A DNA stretch of 64,000 bases, taken from NCBI GenBank assembly GCA_965226495.1, contig OZ245365.1, positions 2,496,001 through 2,560,000 of the forward strand, read 5' to 3'. Shown here one piece after another: positions 50,525 to 59,471 of the stretch. The translations under genes were made by a program, and so were the position numbers. Every line of letters starts with the position of its first letter. The first letter of the stretch is position 1. A model generated the notes under the pieces. The model was not told the origin of the DNA. It did no database searches and worked only from the letters and a program-made list of their open reading frames with translations. The stretch is from Candidatus Marinacidobacterales bacterium (lineage in GTDB: Bacteria > Acidobacteriota > Vicinamibacteria > Marinacidobacterales > DATDRI01).

Positions 50525-51910
50525 ATGAAAAAGGGACTGCTACTTACACTCTTGGGCGGTGTCTTAGGCTTCGGATGCGCGAGTCCCGAGCCACCACCGC
50601 CTTCTGGCGACTTCGTCCTCATCCAGAACGGAACACTCATCGACGGTACGGGTGCCGCGCCCCAGGCCGAGACCGACTTGCTCATCCGCAACGATCGGAT
50701 CGAGAAGGTCGGACGGAACCTGGAAGCTCCGATGGGTGGCACGGTCATCGATGCGACGGGAAAATATCTGGTTCCCGGGCTCATCGACGCGCACGCTCAC
50801 TTGGACGGCACGATGGTTTTCCAGCTCTCGCCGGAGGAAAAGCAAGAAATCGTCGATCACAATCCCTCCGCCTTTCTTTACAGCGGCGTGACGACGGTCC
50901 TCAATCTCATTTCCAAGCCAGAGCGGATCTTTGGGATGCGGCAGGCGCAGCGAGACGGTGAGCTCGTGGCTCCACGGATTTACGCCACTGGCGGCGTCTT
51001 TACTCCCGAGGGGGGTTGGGGCACGAGGCATCGGGGCGGCCTGGCGAGCGCCGAAGCAGCCCGAGAACAGGCTTTGGACTTCGTTCGGCAAGGTACCGAC
51101 GGCTTCAAGATCACGATAGAAGATGGGCTGGGGCGCTCCGGGCACTCTGTGGAAATGCCGGAGGACATGTTGCAGGCGATCGCCGAGGTGGCGCATGAGA
51201 ACGATGTTTCCATGTTCATCCATGCCATCAATATCGAGGAGTACCGGAGAGCGGTGGCGGTCGACCCCCGGGCCATCGTGCACGGACTGGAAGATCCCAT
51301 ACCCGAGGGAGATCCCTTAATCGCCGATCTTCTAGAGAAAAAGATCTTCGTCGTCCCGACCCTTAGCCTCTGGGAAGCCTTCGTCAGGATGGACGGCTCG
51401 TTCGAGGATCCCGTTCTCCATGCCACGGTCCCGCAATTCCTCGTCGCCAACTTGCAGAGTCCTGAATATAGAGCCGTCGAGGTGGAGAAGTTTGCGGCGG
51501 TCGTGAAGATCGACGCCGAGGAATGGGCAAGAACAAGAATACCCGTCTTCATGGAGAACGTCGCGAAGATGCATGAAGCCGGCATCAAGATCGCGGTGGG
51601 TACCGATGCGGGCGGGCCGGCGGGTTTCGCGCTCCAAGGGTACAACACGCCCTGGGAGCTCGATTTGCTGGTGCAGTGCGGCCTGACCCCGATGGAAGCC
51701 CTAGTGGCTGCGACCCGTAACGGTGCCGACACGATCGGGGTTCTGGACGAGCTCGGGACGTTGGAACCGGGCAAGTTCGCCGATGTCCTGATCCTCGACG
51801 CGGATCCTCTGGAGAATATTCGGAATGTCCGGAAGTTCGAGGTGCTCATTCAGGGCGGGAAGGTCCTGCAGCGAAGCCAATTTGCTTACAAGCCTCGAAA
51901 AACATCCTGA
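50525..51910 (+). CDS. Amidohydrolase family lipoprotein, tandem paralog of 49086..50501
   Basis: Lipobox GFGC. DAHAH, FK, FIHA, IVHG, GTDAG. Confidence 0.9.
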   Translation: MKKGLLLTLLGGVLGFGCASPEPPPPSGDFVLIQNGTLIDGTGAAPQAETDLLIRNDRIEKVGRNLEAPMGGTVIDATGKYLVPGLIDAHAHLDGTMVFQLSPEEKQEIVDHNPSAFLYSGVTTVLNLISKPERIFGMRQAQRDGELVAPRIYATGGVFTPEGGWGTRHRGGLASAEAAREQALDFVRQGTDGFKITIEDGLGRSGHSVEMPEDMLQAIAEVAHENDVSMFIHAINIEEYRRAVAVDPRAIVHGLEDPIPEGDPLIADLLEKKIFVVPTLSLWEAFVRMDGSFEDPVLHATVPQFLVANLQSPEYRAVEVEKFAAVVKIDAEEWARTRIPVFMENVAKMHEAGIKIAVGTDAGGPAGFALQGYNTPWELDLLVQCGLTPMEALVAATRNGADTIGVLDELGTLEPGKFADVLILDADPLENIRNVRKFEVLIQGGKVLQRSQFAYKPRKTS

Positions 51911-52028
51911 TCATTGACCTCGCGCCGGTGTCCATCGAGCAAGAGTTGACACCGCCTCCAGTCGAAAGTTGCCGCTTGCCATGGCGCAGACTGCGAATTT
52001 ATAGGTAGGCTCGATCTATTGATGGAGA

Positions 52029-52063
52029 GTTACTCCCTCCGGAACGAGTAACGAAAAGTAACA
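52029..52063 (+). repeat. Copy of the dispersed ~35-bp element
   Basis: GTTACTC-CCTCCGGAAC-GAGTAAC-GAAAA-GTAACA. Confidence 0.75.
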
Positions 52064-52151
52064 GTTTCCACTTCCGAGGCATTCATGCCGCAGTGCGCGG
52101 TGGCACCGCGCCCGGATCGGGGCGGGACACTCCGATGATCCGCGCAACCTA

Positions 52152-54083
52152 TCATGCCGGCTCCAGGCGGACCGCGGTCTCGTTGTATGCGACCCCCCCG
52201 CCCGGAGTGAATCGATTCTTGAGAAGTGGGCTCATGGAGTGCCCGGTCTTCCACCATCCGCCCTTACGGCACACCACCAGATCCTGTCTTTGTGCGGCGT
52301 CTAGCTCTAGTGACACCTCCACGCTTCCCTCGGGAGAGCGGAGGCGCGCTTTTCGATCGGACGCCACACCGAATCGGGCCGCAGTCTCCGGGTGTACCTT
52401 GACACTCGGAAGTCCGGAGGGCCTCATGTTGACGAGCTGCGTGTTGGTCCCCTTCCGGGTGGCGCCAGAGACAAGGCGAAGCGGAAACTCATCGTCGATC
52501 GCGGGTGCGATGGGCGTGCTGGTGGGAAACAAGAAACGCTCCGATGGGGTCTCGAACTTCCCTCCTTTATAAGGTAGCCGCTCCGCCTCCGGGAAGACCT
52601 GAGAACCTTCCTTCAAGACCTGATAGCTCCAGCCGTTGTCGTTCCACGGCGTGACCGCGCGGTCTATCCATTCCGCCGCGGTTCCGGCCATCCCTTGACC
52701 AAAGCCAAGCGCCTCGGCGAGCGCCTGGTAGATGGCTAGATCCGATTTCACTTCACCGGGCGCGGGAATGACGGGCTGGGTCACGCTCGCGGTGAAATGG
52801 GAACCGCTGAAGGCCAGGTCTTCATCCTCGAGGAACGTCGTCACTGGAAGCACCAGATGCGCGCACTCGGCGGTATCGGTGAGGAATTGATCCACCACGA
52901 GATTGAACTCCCGCTTCATCAGAGCTTCCCGCATGGTCTCGGGTCGTGCGTGCTGGGCAACCGGGTTGGCCCCGGTGATGAAAGTGGCGGTGATCGGTGG
53001 ATCTTCGAAGGTCTCTAGGCTCTTCGCGATGTGGCCGACCGGGACGTTCCGGTGCTTGGCATCGAGCTCTTTACCCGTGATGATCGGATCTAGATCGCCC
53101 CAAGGCCATCGGGCAAAGTTCACCCCGGCTCCAGGGACACCGATGTTCCCGGTGAGAACGGCTAGGGCGGAGACGTGGGCGACCACTTCCGCACCGTGGG
53201 AGTACTGTTGTAGACCGACTCCGGGATAAATCGTCGCGGGACGTCGGCGCGCCATCGCGTCGGCTAGGGCGTGCACTTCCTCAACCGTGACGTCGGCCCG
53301 CCGCGCTCGCTCGGCAACTTGGACCGAGGTCACTTCCTTGCGGTAAGCTTCGAAGCCTTCGGTGTGATCGGAAATGAAACCCTCGTCCGCCCATCCCTCC
53401 GTCAGAATGACGCTCGCCACGGCCTGCGCCAGCTCGTGATCGAAACCGGGACGGGGCTTGATCTGGACGTCCGCTAGGACAGTGCTCTCCGTCACGACCG
53501 GATCCACGAGGAGAATCCGAACGCCTTTCTGTCTCGCCTTTCGGAGCCACGGAACCAGATGGATCTGCGTCGCGGCCGGGTTTCTTCCCCATAGAACGAT
53601 CGTCCGGCTATTCAACACATCCCGCGTGTCGTGACATAGGACGTTCCCGAACGAGCGGATGAAGGCGTAGATCCCTTCACCGGCGCAGTAATTGCCGTGC
53701 GCGCGGGAAGCCCCTCCCCAGAGGCCGATGAAACGATCGTATAGATGCTTGAGGGCTCCCATGGAGCCATGTCCTTTGAGTGTGAAGAGTGTCCAGGGGC
53801 CGTAGCGTTCTCTGAGACGCGAGAGCTCGGAGCCGGCGTACTCTATCGCTTGCTTCCAAGAGATCCGCTCGAACCCGTTGGGCCCGCGGCGCAAAGGGTA
53901 AAGCAGTCGATCCTTGTGGTAGACGCGCTCCGCATACTTCGAGACCTTGTGGCAGAGAAAGCCTCGAGTAATGGCGTGGTCCGGATCGCCCTGGAGTCGG
54001 ACTAGCCGATCGCCATCGACGTGTGCGAGGACCGAGCAGGTATCCAGGCAGTCGATGATGCAGGTCGTGCGAATGATCTTCAC
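52152..54083 (-). CDS. Molybdopterin-dependent oxidoreductase (DMSO reductase family, cytoplasmic)
   Basis: TCIIDCLDTC 4Fe-4S motif, GDPDHAITRGFLCHK, RISW, WGRNP, DQFLTDTAECAHLVLP. Likely GTG start at 54083. Confidence 0.9.
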   Translation of the reverse strand: MKIIRTTCIIDCLDTCSVLAHVDGDRLVRLQGDPDHAITRGFLCHKVSKYAERVYHKDRLLYPLRRGPNGFERISWKQAIEYAGSELSRLRERYGPWTLFTLKGHGSMGALKHLYDRFIGLWGGASRAHGNYCAGEGIYAFIRSFGNVLCHDTRDVLNSRTIVLWGRNPAATQIHLVPWLRKARQKGVRILLVDPVVTESTVLADVQIKPRPGFDHELAQAVASVILTEGWADEGFISDHTEGFEAYRKEVTSVQVAERARRADVTVEEVHALADAMARRRPATIYPGVGLQQYSHGAEVVAHVSALAVLTGNIGVPGAGVNFARWPWGDLDPIITGKELDAKHRNVPVGHIAKSLETFEDPPITATFITGANPVAQHARPETMREALMKREFNLVVDQFLTDTAECAHLVLPVTTFLEDEDLAFSGSHFTASVTQPVIPAPGEVKSDLAIYQALAEALGFGQGMAGTAAEWIDRAVTPWNDNGWSYQVLKEGSQVFPEAERLPYKGGKFETPSERFLFPTSTPIAPAIDDEFPLRLVSGATRKGTNTQLVNMRPSGLPSVKVHPETAARFGVASDRKARLRSPEGSVEVSLELDAAQRQDLVVCRKGGWWKTGHSMSPLLKNRFTPGGGVAYNETAVRLEPA

Positions 54084-54106
54084 GTTGGCGATTGTACTAT
54101 CCCGCT

Positions 54107-54625
54107 TCACCGGCGACGGCCGCCACCCGTTTGGGCACGCTGGGCCTTCAACTCCCAAGGCGGCACCGGCTTGGGAAGCGACCAGATGCCAATGCCCGCG
54201 GCCCGAGCGTTCGATTCTGCTTTCGCTAGAGCAGGATCTGCCGAGTACCTCTTGTAGTGCCAGGCAAGCCCTGCCCGGACCAGTTCAACCGAAACGTCTT
54301 GGCCATCGATGAAGACCCGAGCCACAAGGCGTCCATAGCGATCGGTTTCCTTGACTCGAAGGGTGACGACCTTGCCGAGCACCATGTTGGCTGTGAACTT
54401 CTTCGCTCTCGCGCTAAAGTCATCCCCGTACTCCGGGCAGTCCACTCCCTCGAGGCGTATCTTTAGTGTCTTGCCGCCTCGCAGGACTTTGATAGTGTCG
54501 CCGTCGGTTATGCCGACGCACGTTCCACTAGGAGTTTCGCAGGCAAGCGAAAGATGGGCAAAGACGAGGCTGGCGAGCAGCCAGGAACCCGTACCGGGCC
54601 ATTGGGGCAGGGATCTTGTTTTCAA
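54107..54625 (-). CDS. Thermonuclease (SNase) family protein
   Basis: ITDGDTI, IRLEGVDCPE, DRYGRLVA, LVRAGLAWHY, AR..GIW. Start uncertain (TTG 54625). Confidence 0.88.
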   Translation of the reverse strand: MKTRSLPQWPGTGSWLLASLVFAHLSLACETPSGTCVGITDGDTIKVLRGGKTLKIRLEGVDCPEYGDDFSARAKKFTANMVLGKVVTLRVKETDRYGRLVARVFIDGQDVSVELVRAGLAWHYKRYSADPALAKAESNARAAGIGIWSLPKPVPPWELKAQRAQTGGGRRR

Positions 54626-54683
54626 TAGACCGATTGTAGGGTGTGTCCCTCCTGGAGTCCATCCGGCGCACTGGCGCGCGCAC

Positions 54684-56126
54684 CTAGAGCTGCGCCACGA
54701 AGTCGTATATGGACCGGACACCAAATGCCGAAAGGACGACACCGGCCATGAAGAGCGCTCCCGCGAGCACCGCGGACATCTGAAAATGTTTCGGCAGGAA
54801 TCGCCGATCCACCCACAACATAGCAAAACACCACAAGCCGGAAGCCAAGATGCTGAGAAGGGCCGCCGGAGTCACGAGCGTCACTGGGTCCCATCCGGTC
54901 CAGATGAGCAAGAGACCGCTCAGAGTCCCGTAGACGATCACAAACCGCCGGACGCCCCGAATCGAGTCTCCTTTCAGTCGAGCCGAGACGACGCGCCCAC
55001 ATTCGTAGAGCGCCCGCGATTGAAGCTCGAACGATCCATAGATCGTTCCAAGGAACACGGTGAGAATGCCCACGAGGTAGAGGGGCGCCAGTTTCGGATG
55101 GAGCTCGGTGAGGAAGTTCGCCTGAACACTCAGGAGCTCGGAAGCGTGAGGCACCAAGTGAGCTGGAGAGAGAATCATCGCCCCGAGTACGAGGAAAATG
55201 ACCGAGAACAGCGCGACCAAAGTGAATGAGAGCAACATGTCGGTCAAGGGTGCCCGCAGCCAGAGTTTTCCCTTGAGGCGTTCGTCCTGCGAGTCAGGCA
55301 GCGGAGAGTCCTGGTCCTCCTCGGCCTCCGTCAATCTTCCCGCGAGGCCCCATTTCTTGTCGCGTAAGAAACTCAAATACGCGATGTAGTCGGTGCTGCT
55401 TCCTCCGATCAAGCCCACAAAGGTCATCACCTCGACCCAGTTCGGACGGGAGGCAATCGTCGGGTAGGCCGCCGTCACCCATTCCGGATAGTCCGGGATC
55501 GAAATGACGAAGACGTTCTTGAGAAGCATCCCGAGATCGGGCCGCAGTGCCATAAACGAAGCGACGATGAGACCGAGGAAAAATAGGATGATGACCTTCT
55601 GGGCCAACTCGAGGGTTCGGTACGTGCTTCCCAGCGCGCCGAGCCCACAGAGGATGAGAACCGCGCTCGAGATCAGATTCAAGTTGATTCCGTAATCGAC
55701 AGAATCGGCGCCGCGCCCGAGGAGCTGCATCAAGAGTGTCGCGAGAGCCTTGGGCAGCGCGGAGAAGGTGGCCGACATGATGACGAGCGCCACGATTCCC
55801 AAGAGGATAGGAAACCATGCCCGCGGTCCCTTCATCTTCGCCCAGTAGTGCGCCGGGTGTCTTCCCGTGAGCGTGATGACCCGCATGCTCGAGTAGACCT
55901 GCACTGCTTTCAGGGCCGACACCAGAAGGATGCACCAGATTAGAGCGAAGCCGAAGATGGCTCCCCCACGCGAGGCGAAGATCGTCTCGCCACCACCGAC
56001 GGTGACGGATGCGATGATGGCACCCGGCCCGTAGAACTTGAGATAGCCGAGCGGATTCTTAGAGCGGAGCTCCTTCGGAACCGGGGGGAACTTTCTGGCG
56101 TCGGGGCTCGGTGTGGGTGAAGTCAT
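54684..56126 (-). CDS. Nramp/APC-superfamily membrane transporter
   Basis: YGPGAIIASVTVGGGE...GAIFGFALIW, about 11 TM segments. Confidence 0.8.
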   Translation of the reverse strand: MTSPTPSPDARKFPPVPKELRSKNPLGYLKFYGPGAIIASVTVGGGETIFASRGGAIFGFALIWCILLVSALKAVQVYSSMRVITLTGRHPAHYWAKMKGPRAWFPILLGIVALVIMSATFSALPKALATLLMQLLGRGADSVDYGINLNLISSAVLILCGLGALGSTYRTLELAQKVIILFFLGLIVASFMALRPDLGMLLKNVFVISIPDYPEWVTAAYPTIASRPNWVEVMTFVGLIGGSSTDYIAYLSFLRDKKWGLAGRLTEAEEDQDSPLPDSQDERLKGKLWLRAPLTDMLLSFTLVALFSVIFLVLGAMILSPAHLVPHASELLSVQANFLTELHPKLAPLYLVGILTVFLGTIYGSFELQSRALYECGRVVSARLKGDSIRGVRRFVIVYGTLSGLLLIWTGWDPVTLVTPAALLSILASGLWCFAMLWVDRRFLPKHFQMSAVLAGALFMAGVVLSAFGVRSIYDFVAQL

Positions 56127-56283
56127 GGGCGACTCACGATGCCGCGAGAGCATAAGCCATGACCGCCCTCACCGCCAGGTCGAGACTCCCCCGGTGCTCT
56201 TGGCGCTAGGGGCCGCAGACCGTTAGAATCCGCCTTCGAGTCCTATTTAGGTCTAGATGTGATCCAACAAGGAGGTAGGAAAG

Positions 56284-56754
56284 ATGAACAACGTCCTCGC
56301 ACTTACGATAGCAGGCGCCTTCGCCTGCTCCGGCCTGGCTTACGCCGAGTCGGAGACCGAAAAAGAGGTCAAGCAGACCATCCTAGAGGCGAATGAGTAC
56401 ACCGTTAAGAACCTGACGGGTCGTGCCGACGACTACTCGCAGCGCGGCGCATTGGAGTTTTGGTCGAGCGGGGGGTTGTTGCAGGAAATTCAGCCCGGCG
56501 GCAGGCAGGAGCCCTTCGAGGTTTTCAGCATCGAGGTCAAACACATCAAAGTGATCACCCTCGTGGAGGGGCAGGCTGCGGTGGCTCATTACTATTCGGA
56601 AGGTTCGATGAAGCCCGAGGGTTCCCCGTCAGTAAACCACTACCTTACGAGGGTCAGCCAAGTCCTCGTCAAGGAAAACGGAAAGTGGAAGATCCGCTCC
56701 TCGCACTGGTCGCCGGTCGCCGGAGGGTCGGGAACGACTCAAACGACTCAGTAA
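56284..56754 (+). CDS. Secreted NTF2/DUF4440-like protein
   Basis: AGGAGG RBS and signal peptide. TRVSQVLVKENGKWKIRSSHWS. Confidence 0.8.
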   Translation: MNNVLALTIAGAFACSGLAYAESETEKEVKQTILEANEYTVKNLTGRADDYSQRGALEFWSSGGLLQEIQPGGRQEPFEVFSIEVKHIKVITLVEGQAAVAHYYSEGSMKPEGSPSVNHYLTRVSQVLVKENGKWKIRSSHWSPVAGGSGTTQTTQ

Positions 56755-56777
56755 CTGTAACCAGGCAGGACAATCAG

Positions 56778-57773
56778 ATGCAATTCTTCCTGGGTTTATT
56801 GGTTGCGGCACCGTTATGGACCGCGTCAATGCTGTGGACACAGGAGGATAGGGTCGCCATCAATCGTCCTCCGAGTCCCAAGGCGCCTGCCATTACGGTT
56901 GAGCGCGGTGATGACTTTAGAAACCCAGAAGAAGTCAAAATCCGCTCTCTGCCCAAAGGGCATGGGGGCAAGCGTCTTGCTGTGGAAGAACCCTTTATCG
57001 CGCGCGATGGGCAATTTCTCTTCTTCAATTCCAATCAACAGGAAGGAGAGAAAGACCTGCACTACGCCAAGCTAATCAATCATCGATGGGTTTACCAGGG
57101 TGAGATGGGCCCCAACATTAATACACCTTCGAAAGTGGAGGGCAACCCAACGATGGATAGCGAACACGCCTTTTACTACATTGACATTAAGAACGCCCAT
57201 GGCGCGAGCAGAGGAACATTTTCTACGGCAACCGGAGAGCTCGTGGGCGTTCGACCATTTGAGGAAATTCCACCCAATAAGGTCATGAGTACGAAGAACC
57301 AAATCCGGGTCAACATCGGTGTTGAAGTTAGTGCGGATGGCAAGACAATGTTTTTTTCGCAAGCAGTATTTGAATTTCAGAATGGAACAGTCGGCGACTT
57401 GATTGCGTCAGACATCCATTTCTTAAGGAAAAAGGGCCAGAAGTTCAAATTCGACGCCATCGAGTCCAAAAGGGTCATGAGAAATATCAACTCTCACGAG
57501 TTAGATTATGCGGCGGGCATCTCCAGAGATGGGCTCGAGATTTTCTTTACCCGCTTTGAAGTCGCTGATTATGCTAATCGAAAACTTGAATCCAAGATCA
57601 TGCGTGCAACGAGGTCAACCGTGAACAAGCCCTTCGGCAAGCCTGAGGTCGTTGAGGCCATAGGAGAAAGGCGTTTTGTGGAGGGACCAGCCCTTTCGGC
57701 AGATGAAAGAGAACTCTTTTATCATCAGCACGTCAACGGCAAGAGCAGGTTGTTTAGGGTGACACGTCCATGA
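56778..57773 (+). CDS. Secreted WD40/PD40 (TolB-like) repeat protein
   Basis: EEPFIARDGQFLFFNS, VSADGKTMFFS, ISRDGLEIFFTR, GPALSADERELFY. Confidence 0.75.
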   Translation: MQFFLGLLVAAPLWTASMLWTQEDRVAINRPPSPKAPAITVERGDDFRNPEEVKIRSLPKGHGGKRLAVEEPFIARDGQFLFFNSNQQEGEKDLHYAKLINHRWVYQGEMGPNINTPSKVEGNPTMDSEHAFYYIDIKNAHGASRGTFSTATGELVGVRPFEEIPPNKVMSTKNQIRVNIGVEVSADGKTMFFSQAVFEFQNGTVGDLIASDIHFLRKKGQKFKFDAIESKRVMRNINSHELDYAAGISRDGLEIFFTRFEVADYANRKLESKIMRATRSTVNKPFGKPEVVEAIGERRFVEGPALSADERELFYHQHVNGKSRLFRVTRP

Positions 57774-57781
57774 AGCAGTAG

Positions 57782-59142
57782 TTACGCCCCACCCCGCCGA
57801 AAGAAGCTGAGACCGGCGGTGACTCCAAGGCCGAGGAGGCAGAAGCTCACAAGAGAAGGCTCGGGTACCCTGCTGGTAATCTGATAAATCACTCCTGCGC
57901 CCGCGCCGTTGCCCATCGACCCGTTGGAGGATAGGTCGGCGATGAACAACGAGTTGCCCGCAGATAGTAGGCCGTCCAAATGGCCAATTCCCGACTCGCC
58001 GACACCGATGAAATGGAAGTAGTCGAGAGTATCGAGATCGACATAAACCAGTGGGTTTTCCTCGTTGTCGAGTCCGGCGAGGTCGAACTGACCGTGGAAG
58101 CCGACGAAGATCCCGTTGTTTAGCCCATCGGGAAAGCCCGCTGGTGCAAAAGCGATCTCCGCAGCACCCTCGCTTTCATCGCCATTCGGGGAGGGAATGG
58201 GTTGGAAAGCTACCAGGGGCTGAGTCCCACTTCCCCCGATGACATTGCCCGTCCGATACTCCGTATAGTTATCGGCATAACCGAAATTGTCGACGCCTCC
58301 ACCGATGTCCGTCGCCGAAAGGAAGTTCAGCTCGTCCGCGCTGAAAGCCTCACTGCGGTTTCCCGGAGTGTCGATGCCGTTGTCTTCGAAATATAGATCT
58401 CCGGTCGAGGGATCGAAGGCTATGCCGGCGGGATTGCGTACGCCGTCAACGATTTGAGTGAGTGCAGCACCGATGACGCTGGTGCCGTTGTCGGTTATCG
58501 TGACCATGTAAATCGAATCACCCTCGAGCGTGCCGCTGACGAGACCGAGACCGCTTATGGTAGCTGTCTCTGTGGTTACGGTATTATTGTCGAACGAACC
58601 GAGCTGAAAGAAGAGGTCATAACTCCCTGGCTGGCCGGGGGTCTCTCGAAGGGCGAGGCCAGAGGGTACGTGCTCCCAACCCGTCGGGATCGTGAACTCG
58701 ATAGTCCCTTCCAAGGTCACAAGGGGTCGCCGGGACTCGCTCCTGCTCGCAGCACGGAGATCTCTTGCCCGGCGCTCATTACGGCCACGAGCTCGCCCGC
58801 AGCGCGGACTCCTGTAAAACTGCCGGTGCCGGTTGGTGCCGTGTAGAGAGTGGCACCCGGGCCATCTACGATGCCGTCCTTGTTCGCATCCACCAGCCGA
58901 ATCAGACTCCCGGTTGAGTTGAAAAAACTGGTACCGGCTGGGTTGCTTGTCGCCACGAGAAGCGACCCGTCGGAGAGCATGTGCATTCCGTACGGGTAGT
59001 TGAGCCCACTAGCGAAGGTCGTGATGCGAAAGTTATTCGGATTAACACCCGGGCCACTAATTGCGAAGGGGTCCGCGCCGCTGGATTGGGCCTTGAGGAC
59101 GCAGATCGTAAGCGCAATCGCGAATCGAAGGAATCGGGACAT
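57782..59142 (-). pseudogene. PEP-CTERM-anchored glucose/sorbosone-dehydrogenase-like beta-propeller protein, frameshifted at ~58720
   Basis: Signal peptide MSRFLRFAIAL, FASGLNYPYGM, GVRNPAGIAFDP..GDLY..DNG. C-terminal VPEPS-hydrophobic-RR. The two ORFs overlap by 4 nt next to a C4 run. Confidence 0.75.
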
Positions 59143-59280
59143 GGGGAGGTGTTTCCCTATTGCCCTTGTGTACCACTGGATTAGCAGAAAAACACACGGC
59201 CGCAAGGAGGCCGGTATGGAGATTTGAGTAGAAACTCGATGGGTTTCGAGGCAAAGTAAAGGCCGAATCGGATAGACAAG

Positions 59281-59358
59281 ATGGCTATCGAAACCGGGAC
59301 GCGGCTCAGTCACTACGAGATCACCGGCAAGCTCGGCGCCGGTGGGATGGGAGAGGTC
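59281..59358 (+). pseudogene. Short 5' stub of a Ser/Thr kinase
   Basis: MAIETGTRLSHYEITGKLGAGGMGEV, then unrelated sequence. Confidence 0.75.
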
Positions 59359-59404
59359 TCCTATTCTTGGGCCGACGACGGCTCCGTGTCGTCGCTCGAA
59401 CTGA

Positions 59405-59444
59405 CCCTCTCCCCGTTAAGCGGGGAGAGGGATGGGGTGAGGGG
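59405..59444. repeat. REP-like CCCTCTCCC..GGGAGAGGG..GGGTGAGGGG hairpin element
   Basis: CCCTCTCCCCG-TTAAG-CGGGGAGAGGG-ATGGGGTGAGGGG. Confidence 0.6.
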
Positions 59445-59471
59445 TCCCGCAATCCGAAACCGCCAGAGCCT

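Noticed and set aside
52029-52063. Repeat as a XerC/D dif-like site
   Set aside because: GGACCGAGTAA loosely resembles a XerC arm, but there is no TTATGTTAAAT-like XerD arm.
52152-54083. Molybdopterin oxidoreductase as a Sec-containing formate dehydrogenase
   Set aside because: No in-frame TGA, no FDH-type active-site motif recognised, and no partner subunits nearby.
54107-54625. Thermonuclease as part of a defence or toxin system
   Set aside because: It is an ordinary secreted SNase-like gene with no immunity or defence neighbours.
58717-58719. TGA in the PEP-CTERM gene as a second Sec codon
   Set aside because: The downstream coding region is in a different frame (a frameshift), and no SECIS-like hairpin is evident.
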